Source: a virus | DNA: 64,000 bases | IMG/VR virus record: IMGVR_UViG_3300023179_006341 | Location: 15,520 to 79,519 of that record | Direction: 5' to 3' (one strand) | Part shown: one piece after another, positions 36,393 through 46,490 of the stretch | Numbering within the stretch: position 1 is the first letter of the stretch | Layout of the letters: every line of letters starts with the position of its first letter | Made by a program: the position numbers and the translations under genes | The notes under the pieces: model-generated | What the model was told of the DNA's origin: nothing | Seen by the model: only the letters and a program-made list of their open reading frames with translations | The model's database searches: none

Positions 36393-37364
36393 ATGTCACT
36401 AGCTGCTATTCGTGCAAAATTGGCTGCACAAGAAGCCAAATCAAATTCCCAAGCAACAAATATAGGCGATAATGCCATATATCCATTTTGGAACATGGAA
36501 GAAAACACAACAACAACGGTTCGTTTTTTACCTGACGCTGATGGACTAAATGATTATTTTTGGGCTGAACGTAATTTAATTACGTTAGAATTTAGTGGAA
36601 TAAAGGGTCAATCATCATCAAACAAAGTATTTGTAAAAGTACCTTGTGTTGAGATGTTTGGTGAAAACTGTCCTATTTTATCTGAAGTACGAACATGGTA
36701 TAAAGATGCGTCATTAAAAGAAATTGCAAACAAGTATTGGAAAAAGCGCACTTATATTTTTCAAGGATTTGTACGAGATAGTAAAATGAAAGAAGATATT
36801 TTACCTGAAAATTCAATTCGCAGATTTATTATTTCACCACAAATTTATGGTGTTATTAAAAATAGTTTAATGGATCCTGATATTGAAGAAATTCCCACAC
36901 ATTATTTGCGTGGTTTAGACTTTAAAATTATTAAATCATCAAAAGGTGGTTATGCAGATTACAGTACAAGTGGGTGGTCACGTAAAGAATCCGCATTAAC
37001 TGAATCTGAACAAGCTGCCATTGAAAAATATGGATTATTTAACTTAAAAGAATTTTTACCGAAGAAACCTAGTGAAAGCGAACTACGTGTAATGAAAGAA
37101 ATGTTCGATGCTAGTGTTAATGGTGAAGAATATGATACCGATAAGTGGGGAGCATATTTTCGTCCACGTGGTGTACAGTCAACTAGTAATGCTGACCACG
37201 ATGATGATACATATGTATCACCAAGACAAGTTTCAACTCCTGTCGTGGATGAGGATGACGAGCCTGTTGTGACTTCCGAAGTTAAAGTTACAACACCTCA
37301 AACCTCTGATTCAACTGCTAATATTCTTGCTATGATTCGTAGTAAGAAAACATCGCAAGCGTAA
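36393..37364 (+). CDS. T4 gp32-like single-stranded DNA-binding protein
   Basis: VRFLPD, CPI, DFKI, YADYSTS.W, acidic C-terminal region; adjacent to uvsX. Confidence 0.88.
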   Translation: MSLAAIRAKLAAQEAKSNSQATNIGDNAIYPFWNMEENTTTTVRFLPDADGLNDYFWAERNLITLEFSGIKGQSSSNKVFVKVPCVEMFGENCPILSEVRTWYKDASLKEIANKYWKKRTYIFQGFVRDSKMKEDILPENSIRRFIISPQIYGVIKNSLMDPDIEEIPTHYLRGLDFKIIKSSKGGYADYSTSGWSRKESALTESEQAAIEKYGLFNLKEFLPKKPSESELRVMKEMFDASVNGEEYDTDKWGAYFRPRGVQSTSNADHDDDTYVSPRQVSTPVVDEDDEPVVTSEVKVTTPQTSDSTANILAMIRSKKTSQA

Positions 37365-37378
37365 ATAACAGTGCTAAA

Positions 37379-37401
37379 AGTGGTGGAATTTTTCCACCAC
37401 T
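37379..37401 (+). terminator. stem-loop after gene 32
   Basis: AGTGGTGGAA-TTT-TTCCACCACT. Confidence 0.6.
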
Positions 37402-37420
37402 AACACTTAAGGAGAACACA

Positions 37421-37654
37421 ATGACATTACCTGATGAAAGATACAGGGCATTAAAACAAGGTAAAAAATTGTTGGAAGAGTTATGCGATCCTGGTCGCAC
37501 CCCACGTGTACCAAGTTCAGTACGTGATCGAGCTAGAGCAACACTAAAACATTTCCCAAATGATTTTGATATTGATTGTCTTGCTGATTCAGCACCAACA
37601 ATTTTAGATAAACAGTTATTTAAAGTATATACAAATAATACAATTGCAAAGTGA
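37421..37654 (+). CDS. hypothetical phage protein
   Basis: AAGGAG RBS; MTLPDERYRA..TPRVP..LKHFP. Confidence 0.75.
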   Translation: MTLPDERYRALKQGKKLLEELCDPGRTPRVPSSVRDRARATLKHFPNDFDIDCLADSAPTILDKQLFKVYTNNTIAK

Positions 37655-37660
37655 TAAGCT

Positions 37661-38725
37661 ATGGGAAAACCATTCGACCTCAGTAAGTTTCGTAAAGACG
37701 TTACAAAAAGTATAGACGGTATTAGTATAGGATTTCATGATCCCACTGATTGGATTTCAACAGGTAATTATGCCCTTAATTATCTTATCAGTGGTGATTT
37801 TAATAAAGGTGTACCACTTGGAAAAGTTACTGTATTTGCAGGTGAAAGTGGTAGCGGCAAATCATATATTTGCAGCGGTAACATCGTAAAAAATGCACAA
37901 GAACAAGGCATATTTGTTGTTCTTATTGATAGCGAAAATGCATTAGATGAAAGTTGGTTACGTGCGCTTGGTGTTGATACAAGTGAAGATAAACTATTGA
38001 AATTAAACATGGCAATGATTGATGATGTTGCTAAAACTATTTCAACTTTTATGAAGGATTATAAAGAAACACCTGCAGCAGATAGACCAAAAGTGTTATT
38101 TGTTATTGATAGTCTTGGTATGTTGATGAGTCCAACTGAAGTTAATCAATTCGATAGTGGTGATATGAAAGGTGATATGGGGCGTAAAGCCAAAGCACTT
38201 AAAGCACTTGTTACAAATTGTGTAAACATGTTTGGTTCATATAATGTAGGATTAATTGCTACTAACCATACCTATGCATCACAAGATCCATACAATCCTG
38301 ATCCTAATGTAAGTGGTGGACAAGGATTTGTATTTGCTAGCAGCATTCTTGTTGCAATGAAAAGATTAAAACTAAAAGAGGATGAAGAAGGTAATAAAAC
38401 ATCTGATGTACTAGGTATACGTGCAGGATGTAAAGTTATGAAAACACGTTTTGCTAAACCATTTGAAGATGTTGAAGTACAAATACCCTATACAACAGGT
38501 ATGAATCCTTATAGTGGATTTTTTGATTTAATTGAGAAAAAAGGATTTGTAACAAGAGAAGGAAATCGTTATCTTTATACAGACTTGAACGGTGAAGTGC
38601 ATCGTTATTTTAGAAAAGAATGGTCTAAGAACGAAAATGGTATTATGGATTTGGTGATGAATGAATTCAACCAACGTGAAAAACAAGTAAATACTGAGTT
38701 AGCGGAGGAAGAACAAAATGCTTGA
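37661..38725 (+). CDS. uvsX: RecA/UvsX-like recombinase
   Basis: GESGSGKS, DSENALD, VIDSLG, TNHTY, SGG. Confidence 0.93.
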   Translation: MGKPFDLSKFRKDVTKSIDGISIGFHDPTDWISTGNYALNYLISGDFNKGVPLGKVTVFAGESGSGKSYICSGNIVKNAQEQGIFVVLIDSENALDESWLRALGVDTSEDKLLKLNMAMIDDVAKTISTFMKDYKETPAADRPKVLFVIDSLGMLMSPTEVNQFDSGDMKGDMGRKAKALKALVTNCVNMFGSYNVGLIATNHTYASQDPYNPDPNVSGGQGFVFASSILVAMKRLKLKEDEEGNKTSDVLGIRAGCKVMKTRFAKPFEDVEVQIPYTTGMNPYSGFFDLIEKKGFVTREGNRYLYTDLNGEVHRYFRKEWSKNENGIMDLVMNEFNQREKQVNTELAEEEQNA

Positions 38726-38972
38726 TACAGTAGCAGCAGTTTATGAAGTATTTAAACGATACGTTAGTGCTAGTGATATGCGTGATGCAGCAGAGGATGT
38801 GCTCAATGTTTTAATTGACCATGATTTTAGCCATGATGAATTAAAAGAAGCTTTTAGTGGTGAAAAAGAAATGGTAAACGCATTGAAAGCATATGATGAA
38901 GAAATAGAATGGGATGATGATGAGGACTTCGCAGATGAAGAAGCTTATGATGATTGGAACGATGATGAGTAA
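38718..38972 (+). CDS. acidic hypothetical protein
   Basis: Coupled ORF, D/E-rich tail. Confidence 0.7.
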   Translation: MLDTVAAVYEVFKRYVSASDMRDAAEDVLNVLIDHDFSHDELKEAFSGEKEMVNALKAYDEEIEWDDDEDFADEEAYDDWNDDE

Positions 38973-38975
38973 ATC

Positions 38976-39437
38976 ATGGCATGGTTTAGTAAAATAACGC
39001 AAGATATCTCATCATTACCTGAATTTATCGAACATTACCAAACGGAACTTAACCAAGCAAAATATGAAGTAAAAATTATTAAAGGTGAGCGTGTTGAAAA
39101 AATGCTTGCAACGCTCCCAGGCGTCACAGAGCATCGTTTCAATCAACTACAAGAAATAGAAGCTGTACTAGATTATATGAATGGACAACTTCGTAAAACA
39201 CGTAGTATCGCCTTTAAAAAATATTTAGAAAACTATCCACGTCAATTAACATCACGGGATGCTGAACGATATTCTGATGCTGAACAAGATGTTATTGATA
39301 TGGAAACATTAGTTAATGAAATTGCGTTAGTTCGTAATCAATGGTTAGGTATCATGAAAGCATTAGAAAGTAAAAACTTCATGCTTGGGCATATCGTGCG
39401 TCTACGTGTTGCAGGTATGGAAGATATTACCATTTAG
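38976..39437 (+). CDS. uvsY: UvsY-like recombination mediator
   Basis: Helical protein after uvsX; C-terminal LRVAGMED. Confidence 0.65.
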   Translation: MAWFSKITQDISSLPEFIEHYQTELNQAKYEVKIIKGERVEKMLATLPGVTEHRFNQLQEIEAVLDYMNGQLRKTRSIAFKKYLENYPRQLTSRDAERYSDAEQDVIDMETLVNEIALVRNQWLGIMKALESKNFMLGHIVRLRVAGMEDITI

Positions 39438-39453
39438 CAAAAACACAACATGC

Positions 39454-39482
39454 TTGACACATATCCTAATTTTTGTTAATAT
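39454..39482 (+). promoter_or_regulatory. sigma70-type early promoter
   Basis: TTGACA-17-TAATAT. Confidence 0.7.
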
Positions 39483-39512
39483 ATGTCTATGGTAAAAATT
39501 CAGGAGCAAGAG

Positions 39513-39743
39513 ATGACCAAGCAATACACTGTATATATGACAAACTTTGGGTTGAACAAGGGAAGCTTTCCTACGCTTGAAGAAGCGATTGCTCATGCAA
39601 AAGCTTTGGGGTTCGAGTGCTCGATCAATGTTAAAGAGGAAAGTAAACGTCCTCTCCATGTTTGTAGGGTTAGACCTTATATTACTGAAGCATTAAAAAT
39701 TGACCACACAGTGCGTCATGTTTGTAATGTAACCCCATACTAG
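39513..39743 (+). CDS. small early protein
   Basis: AGGAG RBS before MTKQY; duplicated HVCxVxPY. Confidence 0.6.
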   Translation: MTKQYTVYMTNFGLNKGSFPTLEEAIAHAKALGFECSINVKEESKRPLHVCRVRPYITEALKIDHTVRHVCNVTPY

Positions 39744-39751
39744 GAATAATC

Positions 39752-39949
39752 ATGAAACTAAATGGTCGTAAAGTTGTTGATGCACAAGTTGATGGTATCG
39801 ATGCTAGTGATTACCCTGACTTCTGCGATGCTTATTTTTCTTACGCTGTATTTCTTGATACAGGTGTAGAACTTACTGAATTTGAACTTGACAAACTTAC
39901 TGAAAAATATCCTGATGTAATCTATGAAAAAGCTGTACAATTTTGCTAA
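39752..39949 (+). CDS. small early protein
   Basis: DGID..DYPDFCDAY motif. Confidence 0.7.
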   Translation: MKLNGRKVVDAQVDGIDASDYPDFCDAYFSYAVFLDTGVELTEFELDKLTEKYPDVIYEKAVQFC

Positions 39950-40145
39950 TAAATATTGGAGATATTGTGAATTATCTTAAACTAGCTCAGGTTTATGTTG
40001 ATGAACGCAATGATACCGATTGGTTTTCCTTACATTATACCAATGCTCGTGAATGGTTTAATGTACAGGATTCAGTTTACAAAGTGTTAACTTTTTTGTA
40101 TAATGAAAATGTTGCAAAAAAGCTATTAGAACTTTCAAAAAAGAG

Positions 40146-40174
40146 TTGATTTAAATTTATCTTTGATATATAAT
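40146..40174 (+). promoter_or_regulatory. sigma70-type early promoter
   Basis: TTGATT-17-TATAAT. Confidence 0.7.
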
Positions 40175-40205
40175 AGCTGTATAGTGAATAACAAGGAGCT
40201 ACAAA

Positions 40206-40916
40206 ATGCAACTTAGCGCACATGATACCGAGTTGATGATTTTTGTACGGTCTTTAATCAAGTATTCTAACGGTGCCTTTAAAACTACAGGTCAACGTTG
40301 GTTCTATATGGATCGTACTAAAGACCTTACTGAAAAAGAAGATGGTGTTACTCCCTACGGTGTAACCTTCAAAAAAGGTGAGCGTATCATTTCAATCGAT
40401 GGTATTGTGTCATGGGCAGGTTATGGTGTACGTAGCCAAATGCCTGTTGTTCATGTTGCCATTCTTGACCGTGTTGGTGTACGTGCTTTCTACAAGCTAG
40501 GTGGTCGTGGTAACCTGCGTGATGGATGGGGACCTGATCCCAAGAAAACAAAATTAATTTGGGAGCGTCCTGCTCATGTTGTAGGATTGCCTGAAGAAGT
40601 TAAAGTAGAGACCAAATCCTCAAAAGTAGGTGAAGTTGGTGAAGCGATTACTGTAGAAGGTACGGTAATCAAATATGAATTAGTTACTACTCCATACGGT
40701 ACTGCTCATAAGTTTGTTATTAAAGATAGTGCTGATAACTTGTACATGTATCGTGGTACAAAATACTTAACTGAGCGTGGTGGATATGTTAAGTTAGAGA
40801 CTAAAGTAAAAGATCACTTTGAAATGGGTACAGATTCGGGTAGTTGGATGACTATCTTAGGTGGTAAGGGTAAAAACTCAATGAACGTTATTATTGCGGA
40901 GAATTTTAAATTATGA
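40206..40916 (+). CDS. early protein with C-terminal OB-fold-like domain
   Basis: AAGGAG RBS; VGEVGE..V..YG..D..N OB-like pattern. Confidence 0.65.
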   Translation: MQLSAHDTELMIFVRSLIKYSNGAFKTTGQRWFYMDRTKDLTEKEDGVTPYGVTFKKGERIISIDGIVSWAGYGVRSQMPVVHVAILDRVGVRAFYKLGGRGNLRDGWGPDPKKTKLIWERPAHVVGLPEEVKVETKSSKVGEVGEAITVEGTVIKYELVTTPYGTAHKFVIKDSADNLYMYRGTKYLTERGGYVKLETKVKDHFEMGTDSGSWMTILGGKGKNSMNVIIAENFKL

Positions 40917-41052
40917 AATTGTTAATAAAAAATAATAAATTTACATGGTTAGGGTTATTCCTAGCCTTACTTTTTGCCGCATTATATATACCCATTTGGG
41001 CATTGTTTCACCCCAAAGAATTTCTTGTAGAATGTAAGAAAGCATGGTTTAG

Positions 41053-41265
41053 ATGAATGACCATTTAAGAAATATAGCGACTAAAGCGAGTCGTGACGTT
41101 GACCTAGTATATATGGGTGATGCCTATGCTAGGTCATTGACAAAAGCTATTATTAAAGACCTTACTGATGATCTTAGTAAGATTAAGTGGGTAGGCGATG
41201 ATGATGGATGGAATAAAGCTATTGATGCAGTCAAGGCTGAGTTAAAAAAACGTTATGGTGTTTGA
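41053..41265 (+). CDS. hypothetical protein
   Basis: ORF in early region. Confidence 0.6.
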   Translation: MNDHLRNIATKASRDVDLVYMGDAYARSLTKAIIKDLTDDLSKIKWVGDDDGWNKAIDAVKAELKKRYGV

Positions 41266-41660
41266 ATTTGTTCAGATAATTCATTATACATTTTTATAAT
41301 TTCTAACTTTGTTGGGTCGTGTTTATCATCATAGGGAACAGGGGTATCTTGCCATTAAATTAAATTGGAGATGTTATTATGTTCAATTTGTTTGTAAGTA
41401 TGTGTTGTTTGCTGATAGCAACTAATGATTTTAAAGAGGGTTCTAATAAAGCAGGGTGGTTTGGTCTTATTGTGTCTGCTTGCAACTTTTCTGTATTCTT
41501 ATTTAATTTTTTCTAAATACGAACATGGGCAATTTTATTTGGATGTTATTGTGTGCTTTATTATGTATCCTACTAGGATTTATTATTGGATTTTGGATTG
41601 AAGTTTTTACATATTCACCATTAACAAAGGGTTTTTACGAATGCAAAGGATGTTGGTAAA

Positions 41661-41888
41661 ATGAAAATGTTTAATACGTTTGAAGTTGTAGAAGAGATGA
41701 AATCATGTGTGAAACGACCAATTGTTGTTCATGCTGTACAAGTTAATGAAGAATTCAGAGTAAATAGTTTAGAGGGTGATTATGCACAAGGTAAGGCAGG
41801 TGATTATCTTATGCGTGGTATAAAAGGTGAACTTTATATTTGTGATAAAGAAATCTTTGAACAGACCTATGATTTTATTGAAAACTAA
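41661..41888 (+). CDS. PGDYG-like small protein
   Basis: SLEG..AGDYL.RG..GELY..IFEQTY. Confidence 0.65.
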   Translation: MKMFNTFEVVEEMKSCVKRPIVVHAVQVNEEFRVNSLEGDYAQGKAGDYLMRGIKGELYICDKEIFEQTYDFIEN

Positions 41889-42067
41889 ATACTAAAATGA
41901 AACCCGTACTAATCCAATCATTAATTAGGCATAATCAAAGACGTAAAGCATTAAAAGAACACGATGTAGATCATGCTCATGGTGGTCATAAGGATCGTTC
42001 AGGTTTTATTGTAATGTTAATATTAGTAATATGTGTAATACTTGCAATGGGTTTTAGTTAGAACAAT

Positions 42068-42304
42068 ATGAGCGATAAATTAAACGAAATAATCAAACGT
42101 GCAGGATTTAGTAGTACATATGAAATAGTGCGTCTTGAACGTTTGATATGGCTAACTGCTTTAGAAATTAGCCCATTGTTATCTGCTGAGGATTGGGCAA
42201 AAGTTAAGGAATTATTAAAAATTCCTGATGATGCGTTACAACGTAAAAACTTTAATTATTTGACAAAATTAAAGCAAGAACAACCTGAAGAATACATGAA
42301 ATAG
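42068..42304 (+). CDS. hypothetical protein
   Basis: ORF in early region. Confidence 0.6.
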   Translation: MSDKLNEIIKRAGFSSTYEIVRLERLIWLTALEISPLLSAEDWAKVKELLKIPDDALQRKNFNYLTKLKQEQPEEYMK

Positions 42305-42319
42305 TTGTTAAAATACAAC

Positions 42320-42348
42320 TTGACAATATATCTAATTTTTACTATAAT
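42320..42348 (+). promoter_or_regulatory. sigma70-type early promoter
   Basis: TTGACA-17-TATAAT, perfect consensus. Confidence 0.85.
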
Positions 42349-42377
42349 ATCTTTATAGTCAGATATAGGAGATTGTT

Positions 42378-42731
42378 ATGCCACTAGTTCAATACATGGA
42401 TCATACCCACCCTGATGCATTCGTTGATTTTCCTGAAAAACTTGAACCCATGCATGGTTACACCAAACCATGCCCTATGTGTCAGTGCTACGGTGGTTGG
42501 AATCTTAAACTCCACGCATATCCACTCCATTATCCAAACACCCCCGAAAATCGTCATCGGTACTCCCATTTTCGTTCTAACTGCTCACATTGTAACGGAT
42601 GGGGTTACACACTACCTACCGAAACCTGCGATGGACATGAGTGGGAGAAAAAGTACAATCTTGGTAAATGTTTAAATTTGTACGTGTGTAAAAAATGCAA
42701 CAAGAATTGGGAAGTTGATTCTAGCGATTGA
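42378..42731 (+). CDS. Cys/His-rich zinc-binding early protein
   Basis: CPMC, CSHCNG.G, CKKC; AGGAG RBS. Confidence 0.75.
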   Translation: MPLVQYMDHTHPDAFVDFPEKLEPMHGYTKPCPMCQCYGGWNLKLHAYPLHYPNTPENRHRYSHFRSNCSHCNGWGYTLPTETCDGHEWEKKYNLGKCLNLYVCKKCNKNWEVDSSD

Positions 42732-42749
42732 CAAATAATTGAGGTAAAA

Positions 42750-42977
42750 ATGAAAGTACACTCCGTAGGTTCAGTAGATTCAAGTAATACTCGCAACGTC
42801 ATGATGGAGTTATGGCGTATGACCATGACTCAACGTGTTCAACATGATTTACAGCAACGTGTATCAGGTAGAAAAGTTGATCCTGAACCACGTAGGGTAG
42901 AACCTGCTGTAAAAGTTGAAATTAGTGATTCAGCACGTTATATTTTAGCAACACAAGCAGTTGACAAAAATCATTAA
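42750..42977 (+). CDS. hypothetical protein
   Basis: GAGG RBS; VEISDSAR. Confidence 0.65.
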   Translation: MKVHSVGSVDSSNTRNVMMELWRMTMTQRVQHDLQQRVSGRKVDPEPRRVEPAVKVEISDSARYILATQAVDKNH

Positions 42978-43087
42978 TATTGATAAACTTATTTCTATCA
43001 GATAACTAGTGAGGAATAAATGACTGAAACTCAAATGCACGATGCCATTATTAGCTAGTAAATTTTAAATTTTTATGGATTAAAATA

Positions 43088-43288
43088 ATGCAAGAAAAAA
43101 TTACACTAAATTTTAATGACTTGAACACTATTATGGAAGTATTGAAAGAATTTGAAATTAATCACTTTACAATTATCAAAAATGGTGATAGTGGTATTGG
43201 TTACGATGTTGATTTACAATTTACCGCAGATTTTAAGGGTAAAATGGCAACAATTTGTATCCCAATTACAACAACTGATAATTGGTAA
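43088..43288 (+). CDS. hypothetical protein
   Basis: SGIGY motif; ORF context. Confidence 0.6.
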   Translation: MQEKITLNFNDLNTIMEVLKEFEINHFTIIKNGDSGIGYDVDLQFTADFKGKMATICIPITTTDNW

Positions 43289-43296
43289 AAAAGTAC

Positions 43297-43325
43297 TTGA
43301 CATGATGTCCTAATTCATTTATAAT
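43297..43325 (+). promoter_or_regulatory. sigma70-type early promoter
   Basis: TTGACA-17-TATAAT. Confidence 0.85.
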
Positions 43326-43364
43326 TATTTCTGTAGTGATTGATAAACATCTTGGAGAAAAAAC

Positions 43365-43772
43365 ATGGCATACATGAGTCAGGAAAAGAAAGCAAAGTTA
43401 GCCCCTGCAATCAAATATATAATGAAAAAATATGGTGTCAAGGGTACGCTTGCAGTGAATCATTACTCGACTTTGGTGCTTAATATTAAGTCGGGTAAGA
43501 TTGATTTTCTTAAATCCTACAATGAAACATGCGGTTTCCGCCCTAGCTATGTAGAAGCAGGGTTTAAGCCTCGTGTTGACTATGTTGATGTAAATCCTTA
43601 TTGGTACCATGAACACTTTGATGGTGTAGCAAAAGAATTCCTAACAGAAATTTTTGAAGCAATGAATGTTGGTAATCATGATAGAAGCGACGCTCAGATT
43701 GATTACTATGATGTAGGTTGGTACGTAGATGTTAATATCGGTAAGTGGAATAAACCATACCAACTAGCGTAG
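43365..43772 (+). CDS. phage early protein
   Basis: GGAG RBS; SDAQIDYYDVGWY..IGKWNKPY. Confidence 0.8.
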   Translation: MAYMSQEKKAKLAPAIKYIMKKYGVKGTLAVNHYSTLVLNIKSGKIDFLKSYNETCGFRPSYVEAGFKPRVDYVDVNPYWYHEHFDGVAKEFLTEIFEAMNVGNHDRSDAQIDYYDVGWYVDVNIGKWNKPYQLA

Positions 43773-44045
43773 TAAATTTAAATTTAAATCACTTTGGGGC
43801 GTAATGCCCCTACAATTTTATGGAGAAATTATGGAAGAAAACCCAAATAAAACTAGTACACTTCCCCCTTATTATACTCGTTATATTCGCAATGAAAATG
43901 GTAAGTTAGTGCTTGATCCTGAATGTGTAGCATTAGCAAAAAAATATTATTGGAAAGATAGACCTGCTTATGATCCTAATGATCGACGAGTTATGATTGG
44001 ACGATATGATGAAAATGGTACACTAATTCCTTTTTCTAAACCAAG

Positions 44046-44393
44046 ATGAGTGGGTATAGTTTAGTTAAAAGAATACATTCTTTAGAAGAAGAATGTGTTA
44101 AATTAGGTTTTACTATGTGTTATGCTAAACAATATCACAATACTTTTGGGGATGTGGTTGCTATAAAACCAAAAGACCAAGATAGCCTACCTGTTTACAG
44201 CAGAGATGCTGAGTTATTTGTTGGAACCTTAGATGGTTTAGAACAATGGCTAAAAGGGATTGAGTGGGCTAGAAGATATGATACAATGTTATTCGGTTCT
44301 AAACATAATGAGCGCAGGATAAAGAAAGAGCAAGAGCATAGAAACGTTGAAATTTTTAATATTATTAAGAATGAAAGGAAAGAGGAATTATGA
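44046..44393 (+). CDS. hypothetical protein
   Basis: ATGA-coupled ORF. Confidence 0.65.
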   Translation: MSGYSLVKRIHSLEEECVKLGFTMCYAKQYHNTFGDVVAIKPKDQDSLPVYSRDAELFVGTLDGLEQWLKGIEWARRYDTMLFGSKHNERRIKKEQEHRNVEIFNIIKNERKEEL

Positions 44394-44899
44394 TTACGTT
44401 AAAAGAATTTATGGAAGTCAATGACTACAAAGTGACAGAAGGTAACGACTATCTTTGGGATAGTTTTGGTCGTAATGCTTATATGTTATCTTATTGGAAT
44501 GGTAGCCATGATGGGTTTAATATGTCCATTCTCTTTGATACTGAAACACAAGTTGTCTACAAAGTAGAAGTATGTGATTATAAGAATGAACGTGCTTATC
44601 GTTTGATTAATCCTGAATACAAACAAGGTTACATGGATGAAGCAAAACGTAAAAATGTTAAGCATGATGAAGCTTGGGATAATGTAAATTATGTTGACCT
44701 TGAAACTTCTGAGGATTGGATAGTAAAAGCAGTTGCAATCAAAGAAGGAAAAGTGTATGATACTAGGGTGCAACTACCTATTGAATTAAGTGATGAAGAA
44801 TTCGCCACTATTGCTAGAATGGCGCATGATCGTGATATCACCTTTAACCAAATGGTTGAGCAAATTCTTATGCAATTTATTGAATCTCAAAAGGAATAA
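44390..44899 (+). CDS. hypothetical protein with C-terminal RHH-like segment
   Basis: IELSDEEF..AHDRDITFNQMVE. Confidence 0.7.
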   Translation: MITLKEFMEVNDYKVTEGNDYLWDSFGRNAYMLSYWNGSHDGFNMSILFDTETQVVYKVEVCDYKNERAYRLINPEYKQGYMDEAKRKNVKHDEAWDNVNYVDLETSEDWIVKAVAIKEGKVYDTRVQLPIELSDEEFATIARMAHDRDITFNQMVEQILMQFIESQKE

Positions 44900-44901
44900 A
44901 C

Positions 44902-46236
44902 ATGCTAGAATCATGGGTTTATAAGTTAAATGAAAGCAATAGCCGTTTACATAAAGAATCAGTATTGCAAGAAGTACTTAATTTAGAAACATTGGGAGAT
45001 GAAAATTGTAAAATGTTTTTAAAATTAATTCATTTGACTTATAACCCATTTTTTACTTTTGGAGTAACTACATCACAAATTACTCAAGGAGTTGAAAACG
45101 AAGAAAATCCTTGGGATGATTTTGTTAGTATGCTATCTTTACTTAACGGTAGAAATTTAACAGGTAATGCAGCACATAGTGCAATTCAAACAATGAGCTA
45201 TCGTTTTAATAGTTCGACATGGAATGATTTTTGTGTAAATGTCATTAACAAAGATTTGCGCTGTGGAATTAGCGATAAAACAATTAATAAAATTGTTAAA
45301 AATACCAAGTATGAAATTCCTATGTTTGGATGCCAACTTGCTACTGATAGCGAGGGTCGTCCTGAAATGTGTGGTAGAAAACGTCTAGAACCAAAGCTTG
45401 ATGGTGTACGTGTGCTGATGATATGTACTCCAACTGATGTAGGAGTCACAGTTACAAGCTATAGTCGTAACGGTAAAGTATTCGAAAACTTTAGCCATAT
45501 TGAAAACCAAATTAAAGGTAATTGGAATCAAATAGTACGCAATATTGCATCAAGTAATGTTAGCATGGGATTAGTACTTGATGGTGAAGTTATGGGTGAA
45601 TCATTTCAAGCACTGATGCGACAAGCAAGAAGAAAAGAAAATGCGAATGCTTCAGACAGTGTTTACCATATATTTGATTTAATTCCACTCAATGATTTTA
45701 ACCGTGGATATTGGAACGCACAATTGTTTAAACGTATTAATATGTTAAATGATATTAGGGAAATTATTGATACAATGCCTAATGTTGAATTATTACCTAG
45801 TATTAAAGTAGATTTAGATTTGGCTGAAGGAGTTGATCAATTACATCGTTATGCAAATGATTGTGTTGCCCAAGGATACGAGGGTATCATGATTAAAAGC
45901 CTAGATGCACCATACGAATGTAAACGTAATCGTTTTTGGTTAAAATGGAAACCAACTATCACAGTGGATTTGGAGGTGATCGGTGTTGAAGAAGGTACGG
46001 GAAGAAATGTTGGACGCTTGGGAGCATTGGTTTGCCAAGGAATCGACAACGAGAGAGAAATTACAGTCAATGTGGGTAGTGGTTTTAGTGACATTGATAG
46101 AAATGAGTTTTATATTAATCGTAATATTATCATTGGTCGCACTGTAGAAATTCTTTCTGATGCAATAACACAAAATCAAGATGGTTCATATTCGTTGAGA
46201 TTTCCAAGATTTTTGAGGTTTAGAGATGATAAATGA
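44902..46236 (+). CDS. lig: ATP-dependent DNA ligase
   Basis: KLDGVR, LDGE, FD, EGIMIK, KWK, VGSGF, SLRFPRF. Confidence 0.95.
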   Translation: MLESWVYKLNESNSRLHKESVLQEVLNLETLGDENCKMFLKLIHLTYNPFFTFGVTTSQITQGVENEENPWDDFVSMLSLLNGRNLTGNAAHSAIQTMSYRFNSSTWNDFCVNVINKDLRCGISDKTINKIVKNTKYEIPMFGCQLATDSEGRPEMCGRKRLEPKLDGVRVLMICTPTDVGVTVTSYSRNGKVFENFSHIENQIKGNWNQIVRNIASSNVSMGLVLDGEVMGESFQALMRQARRKENANASDSVYHIFDLIPLNDFNRGYWNAQLFKRINMLNDIREIIDTMPNVELLPSIKVDLDLAEGVDQLHRYANDCVAQGYEGIMIKSLDAPYECKRNRFWLKWKPTITVDLEVIGVEEGTGRNVGRLGALVCQGIDNEREITVNVGSGFSDIDRNEFYINRNIIIGRTVEILSDAITQNQDGSYSLRFPRFLRFRDDK

Positions 46237-46478
46237 TGGTGAAATTATTCTATCCTCCTGTACGTGAATGGTTTATGGAACATCATTTTAAAGAATTTTG
46301 TATATTTGAAAATGAAACGTTTAAAAATTCAACACAAAGTCTATTTAACTTAGCATTAGAAATTAGGTTTAGGGATTATTTTGATCAATTTAATTATCCT
46401 ATTGAATTGATTGATGGTGAAATATGTATTAATATGCCCGAATCTGAATTAACTTATATAAATTTAAAATACACTTAA
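46233..46478 (+). CDS. hypothetical protein
   Basis: ATGA-coupled. Confidence 0.55.
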   Translation: MMVKLFYPPVREWFMEHHFKEFCIFENETFKNSTQSLFNLALEIRFRDYFDQFNYPIELIDGEICINMPESELTYINLKYT

Positions 46479-46490
46479 AGGAATAATATT

